48,606 nucleotides of DNA from Chloroflexia bacterium (lineage in GTDB: Bacteria; Chloroflexota; Chloroflexia; QHBQ01; JADMIH01), in NCBI GenBank assembly GCA_034667185.1, contig JAXDKH010000149.1, forward strand, positions 1 through 48,606, in the 5' to 3' direction. The position numbers were made by a program, and so were the translations under genes. Of this stretch, positions 26,803 through 36,221 are shown in pieces. The notes under the pieces were generated by a model, which was given only the letters and a program-made list of their open reading frames with translations, was not told the origin of the DNA and made no database searches. How positions within the stretch are numbered: the stretch's first letter is position 1; every line of letters begins with the position of its first letter.

Positions 26803-28314
26803 CTATCGCTCCTTTCTTCGCGGATGCAATGACCTGTCGAGTATCTCAACCGGGTGCAACACTTTCAAATCGACGCCAAATCGTCGCGCGTTAGCCTCGA
26901 TTTGCAGCGTGCAGCCGGGGTTGGCGCTTGCCACCACTTTGGCGCCGGTAGCCAGTATGTGGCGGGCCTTACGCTCCCCCAGTTCACCGGCCGGCTGCGG
27001 TTCCACAAGATTGTAAATGCCCGCGCTCCCGCAGCATATCTCCGCTTCAGTAACGGGCACGATCTCCACGCCCGGTATACCCTGTAGCAAAGTGCGCGGC
27101 TCGCGGCGGATGCCCTGCGCATGAGCGAGGTGGCAGGCATCGTGATACGCGATCTTGGCTTTGATTGGGTGCCGCTTCGCCACAGGACCAAGTTCCACAA
27201 GCAATTCATTGATGTCACGCACGCTGCTGGAGAATCGGGCGGCTCGCTCGGCAAACTCCGGGTCGTCCCGCAGCAGGTGGCCGTACTCCTTCATGGTAGA
27301 GCCGCAACCCGCAGCGTTCACGGCGACATAGTCCAGCTTCTCTCGCTCGAACACCTCTATCAGCTTGCGGGCGAACTGCTGGGCCTGTTCCTCGTATCCC
27401 GCATGCAGGGCCAGCGCGCCACAACACGCCTGCGCCGCCGGAGCTATCACTTCACAGCCCTCTGCAGCCAGCACGCGCACCGTCGCCGCATTCACATGGG
27501 GAAAGAACACCTGCTGAACGCAGCCCGTCAAGAGTCCCACCCTCGCCCTTGTTTGGCCTTTTGGCTTCACGTGCGCCGGTACGCGCATCCGTAGGCGCTT
27601 GAGCGTCATTCGCGGCATAATGTCGTTCATGCTGCGCAGGCGTGCAGGCAGCCGGTCCAACAGGCCGCTACGGTCGGCCAGAGTCCGCAAGCCTAACGCC
27701 TGGTACAGCAGCAGAAACGGGGCCAGCAACCGCAGGCGGGCCGGGTACGGAAATAGAGTGAATATCAGCCGACGGAAGAGCCTGTCCGCCGGGTTGCGGC
27801 TGTAACGGCGCTCTACCTGGCTCCGAGTGGCCTCTATCAGCTTGTTGTACTGCACGCCGGAAGGGCACGCTGTCACGCAGGCCATGCAGCCGAGGCACTG
27901 GTCGAAATGCCGCACGAAAGTGTCGGTCATGCCCAAGCGGCCCTCGTTGCCCGCCTTCATCAGGTGGATCCGCCCGCGTGGCGAGTCCATCTCCTCACCC
28001 CACAGCAGGTACGTAGGGCAGGTGGGCAGGCAGAAGCCGCAATGCACGCAATCGTCGATTAGCTCTTCCGACGGCGGGTGATGCGAGTCGAAAGCGGGGA
28101 ACAGCCTGAGAGGCGCAGCATGCGCGCCACCTGGGCGCACAGCTTCAACGCCCGAACCTTCCGCGGCAACACCAATATCTTGCGGGCCGGAGCGCACCGT
28201 GACTTGACCCGCGGCCTCTGCGGCTGCCTGCACGTGCGCGGGCACCCCGAACGTGGTACGCTCATACCCGGTGGCGGCCTCTTCTCTCTGCTCTTTGTCC
28301 CGCGACTGCTCCAA
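26803..28314 (-). CDS. glcF: Glycolate oxidase iron-sulfur subunit (GlcF-like, 2x4Fe-4S + CCG domains)
   Basis: Motifs CVHCGFCLPTCP and CLGCMACVTACP, plus two Cys-rich CCG repeats (GCVQQ, AAGCGS). There is an N-terminal extension of about 75 aa. Confidence 0.85.
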   Translation of the reverse strand: MEQSRDKEQREEAATGYERTTFGVPAHVQAAAEAAGQVTVRSGPQDIGVAAEGSGVEAVRPGGAHAAPLRLFPAFDSHHPPSEELIDDCVHCGFCLPTCPTYLLWGEEMDSPRGRIHLMKAGNEGRLGMTDTFVRHFDQCLGCMACVTACPSGVQYNKLIEATRSQVERRYSRNPADRLFRRLIFTLFPYPARLRLLAPFLLLYQALGLRTLADRSGLLDRLPARLRSMNDIMPRMTLKRLRMRVPAHVKPKGQTRARVGLLTGCVQQVFFPHVNAATVRVLAAEGCEVIAPAAQACCGALALHAGYEEQAQQFARKLIEVFEREKLDYVAVNAAGCGSTMKEYGHLLRDDPEFAERAARFSSSVRDINELLVELGPVAKRHPIKAKIAYHDACHLAHAQGIRREPRTLLQGIPGVEIVPVTEAEICCGSAGIYNLVEPQPAGELGERKARHILATGAKVVASANPGCTLQIEANARRFGVDLKVLHPVEILDRSLHPRRKER

Positions 28315-28332
28315 TTACTACCTCATTTCGAC

Positions 28333-29598
28333 TCAGATGCCTCCCACGAACCGGCCAGGGTTCAGCGTGGAGTTGGGATCGAACTGTTGCTTGACTCTGC
28401 GCATCAGTTCAAGCCCTTCGCCCACGTCGCCCCATACGTCCACCTGGCTGCGTACCGCGTCAGGCGCTCGCCAGATAACCAGATTGTGGCCCAGCGCTTC
28501 AGCCTCGACACGCAACCTGCGGACAAGTGCTACCATAGTATCAGAGGTGCCACCACGCCACCTCAGCAAGGCATGGCCGTGTCCCGCGTGCGCCCGCACC
28601 GTTAGCTCCATACCAGATTCGCTAGCCGCCCGCAATGCACCTTCCAATAGGCGCGGCAGGTCGCTAACAGTTGACACTAACCGGCAAAGCACATCGCCTT
28701 CTGCCGTGACTGTGACAGTGTCAAATTGCGACCACAAAGCCTGCTCGTCAGCGCCGGTCACCACCCTGCCGCCCAGGAGCCTAGCTGCAAGGTCGGCCTG
28801 CGCCTGTGTAGAGGCTGCGGTGCTCTCAAAGCGTATAGCAACGGCGGAGGTGCTTATGGGGCCAGCATAATAATCAAGAGATGTAGGTACCAGGGTTGAT
28901 TGTAATATCGCGCTGACGCAACGGCGCAAGTCTGTTGGTGCAATATCCACTACCACCGTAGCGGAAGCAGCCGGTATTGGGTAGAGGCGAAAGGTCGCTT
29001 CGACGAGCACACCAAGCGTGCCGAGTGACCCGGTCAGCAGCTTCGGTATATCGTACCCGGCAACGTTCTTTACCACCTTGCCCCCAGCCTTCGCCATCAC
29101 ACCGTCGGCCCGTACGAACGTCACACCCAGGATGAGGTCGCGCACTCCCCCGTAGCGCAGCCGTCTCGGACCCGCGTCCGCTGTGGCAACCAGACCACCT
29201 ACTGTTCCGGGCACCGGTGGGTCCACGGCCAGAAACTGACGCGCTCCTGCGAGTTGGCGTTGGAGGTTTGCTATGGGCACCCCAGCTTGTACGGTTACGG
29301 TCAGGTCGCCGGAGGCATGTTCGATAACCTGATTGAGCCCACTAAGATCGAGCAGGACATCACAGGCGGTAGGTGCTGCTCCCCTGTCAAGCTTGGTGCG
29401 CGAGCCACAGGGCACTACCTTCAGCCTCTCTCTCGTCGCCCAGGCAAGCACCTCAGACACTTCTCCCACGCTACCCGGCTGCGCCACAACGCCAGGCACA
29501 ACACCGAGCACCCAATCATCCGGTGTGCCGAGCCTGGTTTTGGCGTCAAGCCCTGTAGGAGCAGTGGTTTCAAGCGTCATGAAGAGGAATTCTCGCAC
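28333..29598 (-). CDS. glcE: Glycolate oxidase FAD-binding subunit (GlcE-like)
   Basis: PCMH-type FAD_binding_4 domain (VVPCGSRTKLDRG, VKNVAGYDIPKL). The start is ambiguous: GTG 29598 or ATG 29580. Confidence 0.8.
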   Translation of the reverse strand: MREFLFMTLETTAPTGLDAKTRLGTPDDWVLGVVPGVVAQPGSVGEVSEVLAWATRERLKVVPCGSRTKLDRGAAPTACDVLLDLSGLNQVIEHASGDLTVTVQAGVPIANLQRQLAGARQFLAVDPPVPGTVGGLVATADAGPRRLRYGGVRDLILGVTFVRADGVMAKAGGKVVKNVAGYDIPKLLTGSLGTLGVLVEATFRLYPIPAASATVVVDIAPTDLRRCVSAILQSTLVPTSLDYYAGPISTSAVAIRFESTAASTQAQADLAARLLGGRVVTGADEQALWSQFDTVTVTAEGDVLCRLVSTVSDLPRLLEGALRAASESGMELTVRAHAGHGHALLRWRGGTSDTMVALVRRLRVEAEALGHNLVIWRAPDAVRSQVDVWGDVGEGLELMRRVKQQFDPNSTLNPGRFVGGI

Positions 29599-29646
29599 TT
29601 TTCTTGAAGGTAGTTGCGCAATAACCTAATGTACCAATTTGCTGAG

Positions 29647-31101
29647 CTAGAACAAATCGGCCAGGCCTGCCTCTTGCAAGGGGTGTGGCTTGTACAGACC
29701 GGGTCGCTCCCCGCACAGCCTGGGCGTCGGGAATATCTTGCCTGGGTTGAGAATGCGGCCTGGGTCAACGGCGCATCGCAGCAGTTGCATAGTATCGAGG
29801 TCGTCGGGCGAGAACATGGCGGGCATATGCCGCTTCTTGTCCAGGCCCACCCCATGCTCCCCCGTGATGCTGCCCCCGGCATCGACGCACACGTGCAATA
29901 TATCGCCGGCGAGTTCTCCCGCTTGCTCGGTCTGGCCGGGGATGGTCGAGTCGAACAGCACCAGCGGGTGCAGGTTGCCGTCGCCCGCGTGGAACACATT
30001 TGCCACCCTCAGGCCGTACTGTTCGGCCAGAGCGTCGATTTCGCGCAGCACCCTGGGCAATGCTGTACGTGGTATCACCCCGTCCTGCACGTAGTAATCG
30101 CGGCTGATACGGCCCATAGCGGCAAAGGCCGACTTGCGACCCTTCCACATGAGCACCCTCTCATCATCGTTCTGCGCCAGCTTGATAGAGGTCGCGCCCT
30201 TACCTGCGCAGATGTCTCTAACCAACACCATCTGCTCGTCTACCTCGACCTGCGGCCCATCCAGCTCCACCAGCAAGATCGCACCGGCGTCGAGAGGGTA
30301 GTTGGCGTGCACGGCGGCCTCGGCTGCGCGGATGCTCAGGTTGTCCATCATCTCAATAGCGGCGGGCACTATCCCGGCAGCGATGATCTCGGATACCGCC
30401 GAACCTGCCTCGTCCGTGCTGGCAAAGGCCGCCTGCAGCGTGGACACCGTCTCCGGCTTGCGCACCAGCCGAAGCGTGACCTCCGTCACTATGCAGAGCG
30501 TCCCCTCCGACCCCACCAGCACACCCACCAGGTCGTAGCCGGGCTTGTCGACCGCCTTGCCGCCCAGATGCACAACCTCACCATCTGCAAGCACCACCGT
30601 GAGGCCCACCACATGGTTCACCGTGAAGCCATACTTCAAGCAGTGCGCCCCGCCCGAGTTCTCCGCCACGTTGCCACCAATCGAGCACACCTGCTGGCTG
30701 GAAGGGTCGGGGGCGAAGTAATAGCCATCGGGTGCCACTCGCTGAGTGACCCAGAGGTTCAGAACGCCCGGCTGCACGCGCGCCCTGGCGTTCTCAAGAT
30801 CGACCTCCAGTATCGCACGCATGCGGCTCAGCCCAACCACGATGCCGTCGCTCACAGGCAGAGCCCCCGCCGATAGCCCGGTGCCCGACCCGCGCGGTAC
30901 AACAGGTATGCCCTCCGCGTCGCATAGCCGCATGACGCCCTGCACCTGCTCCGTGCTCGTGGGCAGCACCACCAGCATCGGCAGCACGCGGTGGTTGCGC
31001 AGGGCGTCCGATTCGTAAGTCACCAACTGCTCAGGCTCTGAGATCACTCCTTCAGGGCCAATGATGCGCGTCAATTGTGCTATGAGTTCTGATCTGTTCA
31101 T
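29647..31101 (-). CDS. glcD: Glycolate oxidase subunit GlcD (FAD-linked oxidase)
   Basis: I prefer ATG 31101 (MNRSELIAQL) over the track start 31149. Motifs VVPRGSGTGLSAGA, FHAGDGNLHP and NPGKIFP. Confidence 0.9.
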   Translation of the reverse strand: MNRSELIAQLTRIIGPEGVISEPEQLVTYESDALRNHRVLPMLVVLPTSTEQVQGVMRLCDAEGIPVVPRGSGTGLSAGALPVSDGIVVGLSRMRAILEVDLENARARVQPGVLNLWVTQRVAPDGYYFAPDPSSQQVCSIGGNVAENSGGAHCLKYGFTVNHVVGLTVVLADGEVVHLGGKAVDKPGYDLVGVLVGSEGTLCIVTEVTLRLVRKPETVSTLQAAFASTDEAGSAVSEIIAAGIVPAAIEMMDNLSIRAAEAAVHANYPLDAGAILLVELDGPQVEVDEQMVLVRDICAGKGATSIKLAQNDDERVLMWKGRKSAFAAMGRISRDYYVQDGVIPRTALPRVLREIDALAEQYGLRVANVFHAGDGNLHPLVLFDSTIPGQTEQAGELAGDILHVCVDAGGSITGEHGVGLDKKRHMPAMFSPDDLDTMQLLRCAVDPGRILNPGKIFPTPRLCGERPGLYKPHPLQEAGLADLF

Positions 31102-31140
31102 GATAAGTTGGTAACTCGTAACTCGTAAATTGGGCGAAAT

Positions 31141-31327
31141 CAGCACCAAAACAGGTCTCTGTCATTACAGGTCTCTGTCATTTCGAACGCAGTGAGAAAT
31201 CTCGTCCCTCGGTACCCAAGTATCAATTTGCTTATGACACTGAGTCTCGCGAGAAAGGGGCCACATCACGGTGAGGAACGAGATTTCTCACTGCGTTCGA
31301 AATGACAAGGTAGGAGTGTCAGGTGCT
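31141..31327. repeat. MITE-like inverted-repeat element, copy 2 (GTCATTTCGAACGCAGTGAGAAATCTCG type)
   Basis: Core arms 31177-31210 and 31273-31306 match at 33 of 34 positions, with an unrelated 62-nt centre. The left end CAGCACCAAAACAGGTCTCTGTCAT resembles the copy-1 end. A 16-nt tandem duplication lies at 31151-31182. Confidence 0.85.
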
Positions 31328-31369
31328 CTTCTCCTACTATACCCTGGGCTGGCCCACAGTAACTGGACA

Positions 31370-32437
31370 TCATCTTTCAAGCCGTCCCTGGAAGTCGCGG
31401 ATGGCGCCCTCGCCGTCCAGCGCACCCAATTCAAGCTGGTAGTTGACCTGTTCGCCGGGTTGTAAGAATCGCAGGCGGCCCTCTTCGCGCAGCTTGTAGC
31501 GCGGGGTCTCCCAGTAGGTCGCCGGTTCAAGCGCGCACACGTACTCGCCCGAGGAGAGTTGCTTCCAATGCGCGAAGAAGGGCAGTTCGGCGGCGCGGTA
31601 CCTGACGTAGCCGCCGAAACCTAGTTTGTGGTTTACGATAGCGGCTTGCGAGTAACCCTGCGCGTCCACACGGGGCTTATGGAAGAAGACCTGCTCATCG
31701 TAGTCGGGTCCGGCCGGTTCGCTGAAGCGGTTGTGGGTCTCAAAGCCTTTCTCAGCGCGAGCGTCGCGGGGCCCCACCGTCTCGTTATTCGTAAGTATCT
31801 CTGAGTGCGGGCTCACCACCGGGAAGCCGAAGTTGCAATGGTAAAGGAGCATGTGCGGCGAGGGACGCAGCCCGTCGTTGAGCACCGTATCCTCAATCGT
31901 GAGCGAATTGGCCCCCAGCTTCGTAGAGATCTTGCGCGAAAGTAGCAGATTCTCCCCACCGAGCACCACCTGCCGGACCTGCCCCTCTATCTCCAGCACG
32001 TAGTCATCACCGCGCCATTCTTCGACCACGCGCACGTTCTCGGCGGGTATGTGGGCTATGCGCCCGTGCAGGCCCAGCGCCTCGCCCGCGTCCTCTTCCG
32101 GCTGCCCGAAGAAGGTGAGGCCGCAGGTGGTCACCAGCCCGCCGCCCCAGGTGCGCCCCCAGCCGTACCCCTGCGGCTCGTAATGCTCAGGTCGCCCCAG
32201 CGCAGGGTGCACCCACGCCAGCGGCCTGCCGGAGTGCTCGGCATATCCAATGTCCATAGCCCGATCTATGAAGACCTGGAAACGAAAGCCGCTGCCCGTA
32301 TATACCTCTGCCACCCTCATGCCACGCGGCTTGCCGTCGGCCAACTCCAGCAGCCGAATGCCCGCGACCTGCCGCATGGTGGCAACCAGCTCGCGCAGTT
32401 CTCCAGTTGAGTATTCAGAGCCAAAGAGCTTCGGCAT
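31370..32437 (-). CDS. DUF4432 / aldose-1-epimerase-like family protein
   Basis: 355 aa. The N-terminus IRLLELADGKPRGMRVAEVYTGSGFRFQVFIDRAMDIG and the mutarotase-like length resemble DUF4432. AGGAG SD at 32443-32447. Confidence 0.6.
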   Translation of the reverse strand: MPKLFGSEYSTGELRELVATMRQVAGIRLLELADGKPRGMRVAEVYTGSGFRFQVFIDRAMDIGYAEHSGRPLAWVHPALGRPEHYEPQGYGWGRTWGGGLVTTCGLTFFGQPEEDAGEALGLHGRIAHIPAENVRVVEEWRGDDYVLEIEGQVRQVVLGGENLLLSRKISTKLGANSLTIEDTVLNDGLRPSPHMLLYHCNFGFPVVSPHSEILTNNETVGPRDARAEKGFETHNRFSEPAGPDYDEQVFFHKPRVDAQGYSQAAIVNHKLGFGGYVRYRAAELPFFAHWKQLSSGEYVCALEPATYWETPRYKLREEGRLRFLQPGEQVNYQLELGALDGEGAIRDFQGRLER

Positions 32438-32449
32438 GTAATCTCCTGA

Positions 32450-32541
32450 GGAATTTGGGATTTCGAATTTCGAATTTCGGACTTAGAAGAACTCCTAACA
32501 AATTCGAAATTCGAAATTCGAAATCCCAATTCCCAAATTCC
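32450..32541. repeat. Heptamer-periodic hairpin element (GGAATTT/CGAATTT type), copy E
   Basis: The terminal 11 nt pair perfectly: GGAATTTGGGA (32450-32460) with TCCCAAATTCC (32531-32541). CGAATTT repeats form both arms. The loop AGAAGAACTCCTAAC is identical to copy A except for one extra T. Confidence 0.85.
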
Positions 32542-32547
32542 AATTTC

Positions 32548-33342
32548 TCAATCTCCCTCTCGCTCCACGAAATCTAGGTAGGGCGTGGGGCTGTAGGCGG
32601 TAAGGCCGCCGTCTACAACTAGAGTCTGGCCGGTGATCCAGGAGGCTTCCTCTGAGGCGAAGAAGAGGACGGCAGAAGCAATATCAGAGGGCTCGCCCGC
32701 CCTGCCGAGGGGTATCACTTTGGCCCACCTGGTGTCGTATTCCGGGTCGTCGCGAAGGTTGCGTGCGTTGGTGACGGAGCCGGGGGCCACGCAGTTGATA
32801 GTGATGTTATAGGGCGAGAGTTCCAGCACGAGATTGCGGGTCAGGGCTTGCAGGCCGCCCTTGGTCATGGCATAGGCCGAGAGATTCTCTACCGCCTGCA
32901 CGCCCACGACTGAGGAAGTGACGATTATTCGGCCTCCCGCGCCCCGCCGCACCATCTCATGCGCGGCTGCCTGGGCCAGGAAGTAGGTCCCACGCAGGTT
33001 GACGCTCACGACCTCGTCAAACGCCGCCTCGGTGTACTCGAGGAATGGGCCCCAGCTTGTGATACCGGCGTGGCAGCAGGCTATATCAAGCTGCCCAAAC
33101 TCCCTCACCGCCGTCTGCACGAACTCTCTGCAACTTGCCACCGACTCGGCAGTCACCTGGGCGGCTATCGCATTCCCACCGTACCCGGCGATAGTACGCA
33201 CAGCGCGCAAAGCACCTTCTTCGTCCTTGTTGTAGCCGGCGACCACAGCCGCCCCTGCCCGACCCAGCCGCAAGGCGATCTCGTAACCAATGCCCGTGCT
33301 GGCCCCGGTTACTATGACTACTTTGCCGGAAAGGTCGGGCAT
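32548..33342 (-). CDS. SDR-family oxidoreductase
   Basis: I prefer ATG 33342 (MPDLSGKVVIVTGASTGIGYE), which has a GGAG SD 6 nt upstream. TGxxxGxG and YxxxK-type (YAMTKGG) motifs are present. Confidence 0.9.
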   Translation of the reverse strand: MPDLSGKVVIVTGASTGIGYEIALRLGRAGAAVVAGYNKDEEGALRAVRTIAGYGGNAIAAQVTAESVASCREFVQTAVREFGQLDIACCHAGITSWGPFLEYTEAAFDEVVSVNLRGTYFLAQAAAHEMVRRGAGGRIIVTSSVVGVQAVENLSAYAMTKGGLQALTRNLVLELSPYNITINCVAPGSVTNARNLRDDPEYDTRWAKVIPLGRAGEPSDIASAVLFFASEEASWITGQTLVVDGGLTAYSPTPYLDFVEREGD

Positions 33343-33432
33343 GTATGGCTCCATGCGGACGATGAACGATGGTTCGTGGCGCGAAGTTACCCCTAATATA
33401 CTGCATAGAGGCTGGTAGACCACAGTTGCAAT

Positions 33433-34974
33433 TTAGGAGTACTTCGCTGTGATCTTGCTTAGTTTTTTGAAGTGGGAGGACAGGACTGGGTAAAGTGAGC
33501 GATAGATGACGTAGTAATCTTCGTAGGCGGCGACATCAGGTCCAGGCGCTACTCGGTTGGTGATGCGAATGGTGCGAGCGCAGGCCTCGTCTACGTCCCT
33601 GTAAATACCCACTCCGGCCCCGGCGATAAGCGCCGCACCATAGGCGGCACCCTCGGTTACGTTGGTCAGCACGATCTCGGAGTTGAACACGTCGGCCAGG
33701 ATTTGCCGCCAGAGTGGGCTTCGCGCCCCGCCGCCGGAGGCGCGCACCTGTGTAATCTCCACACCCATGCTGCGCATCAGTTCAAGCGAGTCGCGCAGGC
33801 CAAAGGCCACTCCTTCCAGCACCGAGCGCACCATGTGCTCCTTGCCATGTCGCAACGTCAAGCCGAGGAAAACGCCCTTGGCATCGGGGTCCGGGTACGG
33901 GGTGCGCTCACCTGTTAAGTATGGCAGGAAGATCAGCCCCTCGGAGCCCGCGGGTGCTGTAGACGCTTCCTGGCAGAGCAAATCGTACACGTCCGAACCC
34001 TCCACGCCGGCCCTGGCGAGTTCTTCATGGCCGAACGTATCGCGGAACCAGCGCAACGAACCCGCGGCGGATAGCATCACGCCCATCAGGTGCCATCGTC
34101 CGGGCACCGCGTGACAAAAGGCGTGCAAGCGGCCTTCCGGTTCGAGCAGGAAGCTCTCGGTGGCCGCGAACACCACGCCGGAGGTACCCAGCGTCACCGA
34201 GATGACGCCCTGCTTGATGATGCCACTACCCACCGCCCCCGCCGCCTGATCGCCTCCCCCACCCACAACAGGGGTGCCCACCTTCAAGCCGATCTCTTCC
34301 GCGGCCTGGCGTGTAATGTTTGTGCTGGGCACCGTTGATTCGTAACATTCCGGCAGCCACGCAGGCGGTATGTCAAGCGCGGATAGCATCTCGCCGGACC
34401 AGCGCCGGTTGCGCACGTCCAGCAGCGCTGTGCCGCTACCGTCCGACACTTCCATAGCGTACTCACCCGTGAGGCGGTAGCGCACGTAGTCCTTCGGTAG
34501 CAGCACGTGGCGGGCGCGGGCGTATACCTCCGGCTCGTGCTCGCGCACCCACACAATCTTAGGGGCGGTAAAGCCAGGCAGTGCGGGGTTGGCGATGAGG
34601 TCCAGCAGGCGCGGCAGGCCCAACTTGCGCGTAATCTCGTCGCACTGCGGCCCGGTGCGCTGGTCGTTCCACATGATGCAGGGGCGTAACACTTCCCCCG
34701 CCTCGTCCAGCAACACCAGCCCGTGCATCTGCCCCGTCAGCCCGACGGCTGCCACATCTTCCCCGCTAGCGCCGCCCGCTTGCAGCGCCTGTCGAATAGC
34801 GGACACGGTAGTCGCCCACCAATCGCGTGGGTCTTGCTCGGCCCACAGAGGGCGAGGCGTGTACATCGGGTAGTCGCCTGTGCCTGTGGCGAGCACCGAT
34901 CCATCGGCGTCTATCAGCACCGCCTTGCTTCCCGACGTGCCGATATCTACGCCAAGCAGCAGCTTACCGGCCAT
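33433..34974 (-). CDS. xylB: Xylulokinase (FGGY carbohydrate kinase)
   Basis: I prefer ATG 34974 (MAGKLLLGVDIGTSGSKAVL). FGGY N- and C-terminal domain motifs (GLTGQMHG, ASGGGARS) are present. Confidence 0.85.
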   Translation of the reverse strand: MAGKLLLGVDIGTSGSKAVLIDADGSVLATGTGDYPMYTPRPLWAEQDPRDWWATTVSAIRQALQAGGASGEDVAAVGLTGQMHGLVLLDEAGEVLRPCIMWNDQRTGPQCDEITRKLGLPRLLDLIANPALPGFTAPKIVWVREHEPEVYARARHVLLPKDYVRYRLTGEYAMEVSDGSGTALLDVRNRRWSGEMLSALDIPPAWLPECYESTVPSTNITRQAAEEIGLKVGTPVVGGGGDQAAGAVGSGIIKQGVISVTLGTSGVVFAATESFLLEPEGRLHAFCHAVPGRWHLMGVMLSAAGSLRWFRDTFGHEELARAGVEGSDVYDLLCQEASTAPAGSEGLIFLPYLTGERTPYPDPDAKGVFLGLTLRHGKEHMVRSVLEGVAFGLRDSLELMRSMGVEITQVRASGGGARSPLWRQILADVFNSEIVLTNVTEGAAYGAALIAGAGVGIYRDVDEACARTIRITNRVAPGPDVAAYEDYYVIYRSLYPVLSSHFKKLSKITAKYS

Positions 34975-36139
34975 CTGCGGCGCTCTTCTGGGCCTCTCGG
35001 ACCGGGGGCAAGGGGGATAAGCGGTCGGGGTGCGAGGCCCTGGCACGTATCAGGTAGGCTTCAAGCCAGCCGCGAGCCTTATCGGGGTGCTCGGTGGCGT
35101 AGACAATCGACTCGTGGTCCAGGCCGTTGATGCGGTCGTTGGCCGCGCGCATGGCGTCCATCGAGTTGCGCAGAGCCACATCGACGGGCATACGCTCAGG
35201 GTTGATGTCCAGGCCGAACCAGCCGCCGTAGCTGTGCATCTTCAGCACGTACAGCGCGGCTTCCAGCGACTCCGGCGACAGCACGCCCACATTGAGGTCC
35301 TGGTCGTAGTTACCCAGCGGCTGGCTGTTCCAGTGCGAATGAGCCAGGCGACCATATTCCAGCACCAGGCTGAACGCGTAGGGCACGTCCTCATAGGCCA
35401 TCAGCATGTGCCCGATCTCCGGGTTCATGGCGCACAGAGCGTGGCCCTCTTCCAGCAACCGCCGGTTCTCCGACGTCTGTAGCAACGCTTCCACCTTCAT
35501 GCCGAGCAGGAGGCCCTCAGGTGTGGTGCCATAGAGGATGTGGCCCCGCGGCTCGTAAGGCTTCGGCTCCTCCGCCACGCGCACGCCGGGTACCGCATCC
35601 ATCGCCTCGGCAAGCCCCTGCGCAAAACGGTCGCGGGCAGCTACGAGGTCCATGCCAAACGCATTCTCGTAGCCGTCGATGCCCGGCCACACCACAGCGA
35701 ACTCGGTGTCAAGCTCCTTGTTCAGTTGGAGCGCGCTGATCGTGCGGTCTATAGCCGTGCGGCGGATTTCGGGTATGGGGTTGGAGAGGGAGCCCCACTC
35801 AAATTGCCTGTCGTAGAAGAGCAGCGGTATCACCGTGATGAGCTTGATGCCGGTGTCGCGGGTGAACTGCTTCCAGGTCTCGACGTTGTCTTCGTTGATC
35901 TCGTTCGGGTAGTGCGCCTCCATGCCTCTGAGGCCACTGTCCGCCAGTTTGGCTGCGATCTCAAGGCGAGGCTCGATCTCGATCACGGGGGCGTAGCGGT
36001 CGTGGAAGCGGCTGGCAGGCGGCGAGAAGAACCAGACCCCCGCCGAGAACTTCAAATCAATCTCGAACGAATTCAGATGCGTTACCAGTTCTTCCGGCGT
36101 CCGGCGCACCGCCTGCGAGCGCAAATCCGGCAGACTCAT
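34964..36139 (-). CDS. Divergent xylose-isomerase-family TIM-barrel protein
   Basis: I prefer ATG 36139, with an AGGAGG SD at 36150-36155. EEPKPYEPRGH, NPEIGHMLMA, HWNSQPLGNYDQDL and GLDINPER line up with the XylA metal and catalytic motifs (EPKPNEP, NIE.NH, DAN.GD..GWDTDQF, FD.K). Confidence 0.65.
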   Translation of the reverse strand: MSLPDLRSQAVRRTPEELVTHLNSFEIDLKFSAGVWFFSPPASRFHDRYAPVIEIEPRLEIAAKLADSGLRGMEAHYPNEINEDNVETWKQFTRDTGIKLITVIPLLFYDRQFEWGSLSNPIPEIRRTAIDRTISALQLNKELDTEFAVVWPGIDGYENAFGMDLVAARDRFAQGLAEAMDAVPGVRVAEEPKPYEPRGHILYGTTPEGLLLGMKVEALLQTSENRRLLEEGHALCAMNPEIGHMLMAYEDVPYAFSLVLEYGRLAHSHWNSQPLGNYDQDLNVGVLSPESLEAALYVLKMHSYGGWFGLDINPERMPVDVALRNSMDAMRAANDRINGLDHESIVYATEHPDKARGWLEAYLIRARASHPDRLSPLPPVREAQKSAADGR

Positions 36140-36221
36140 AACGGTCTTCCTCCTATGTGTGGTGAATAGTAATAGGTGAAAGTTCCGGCAGTTACACGAG
36201 GTGCACCCGATGAAAGCTACA

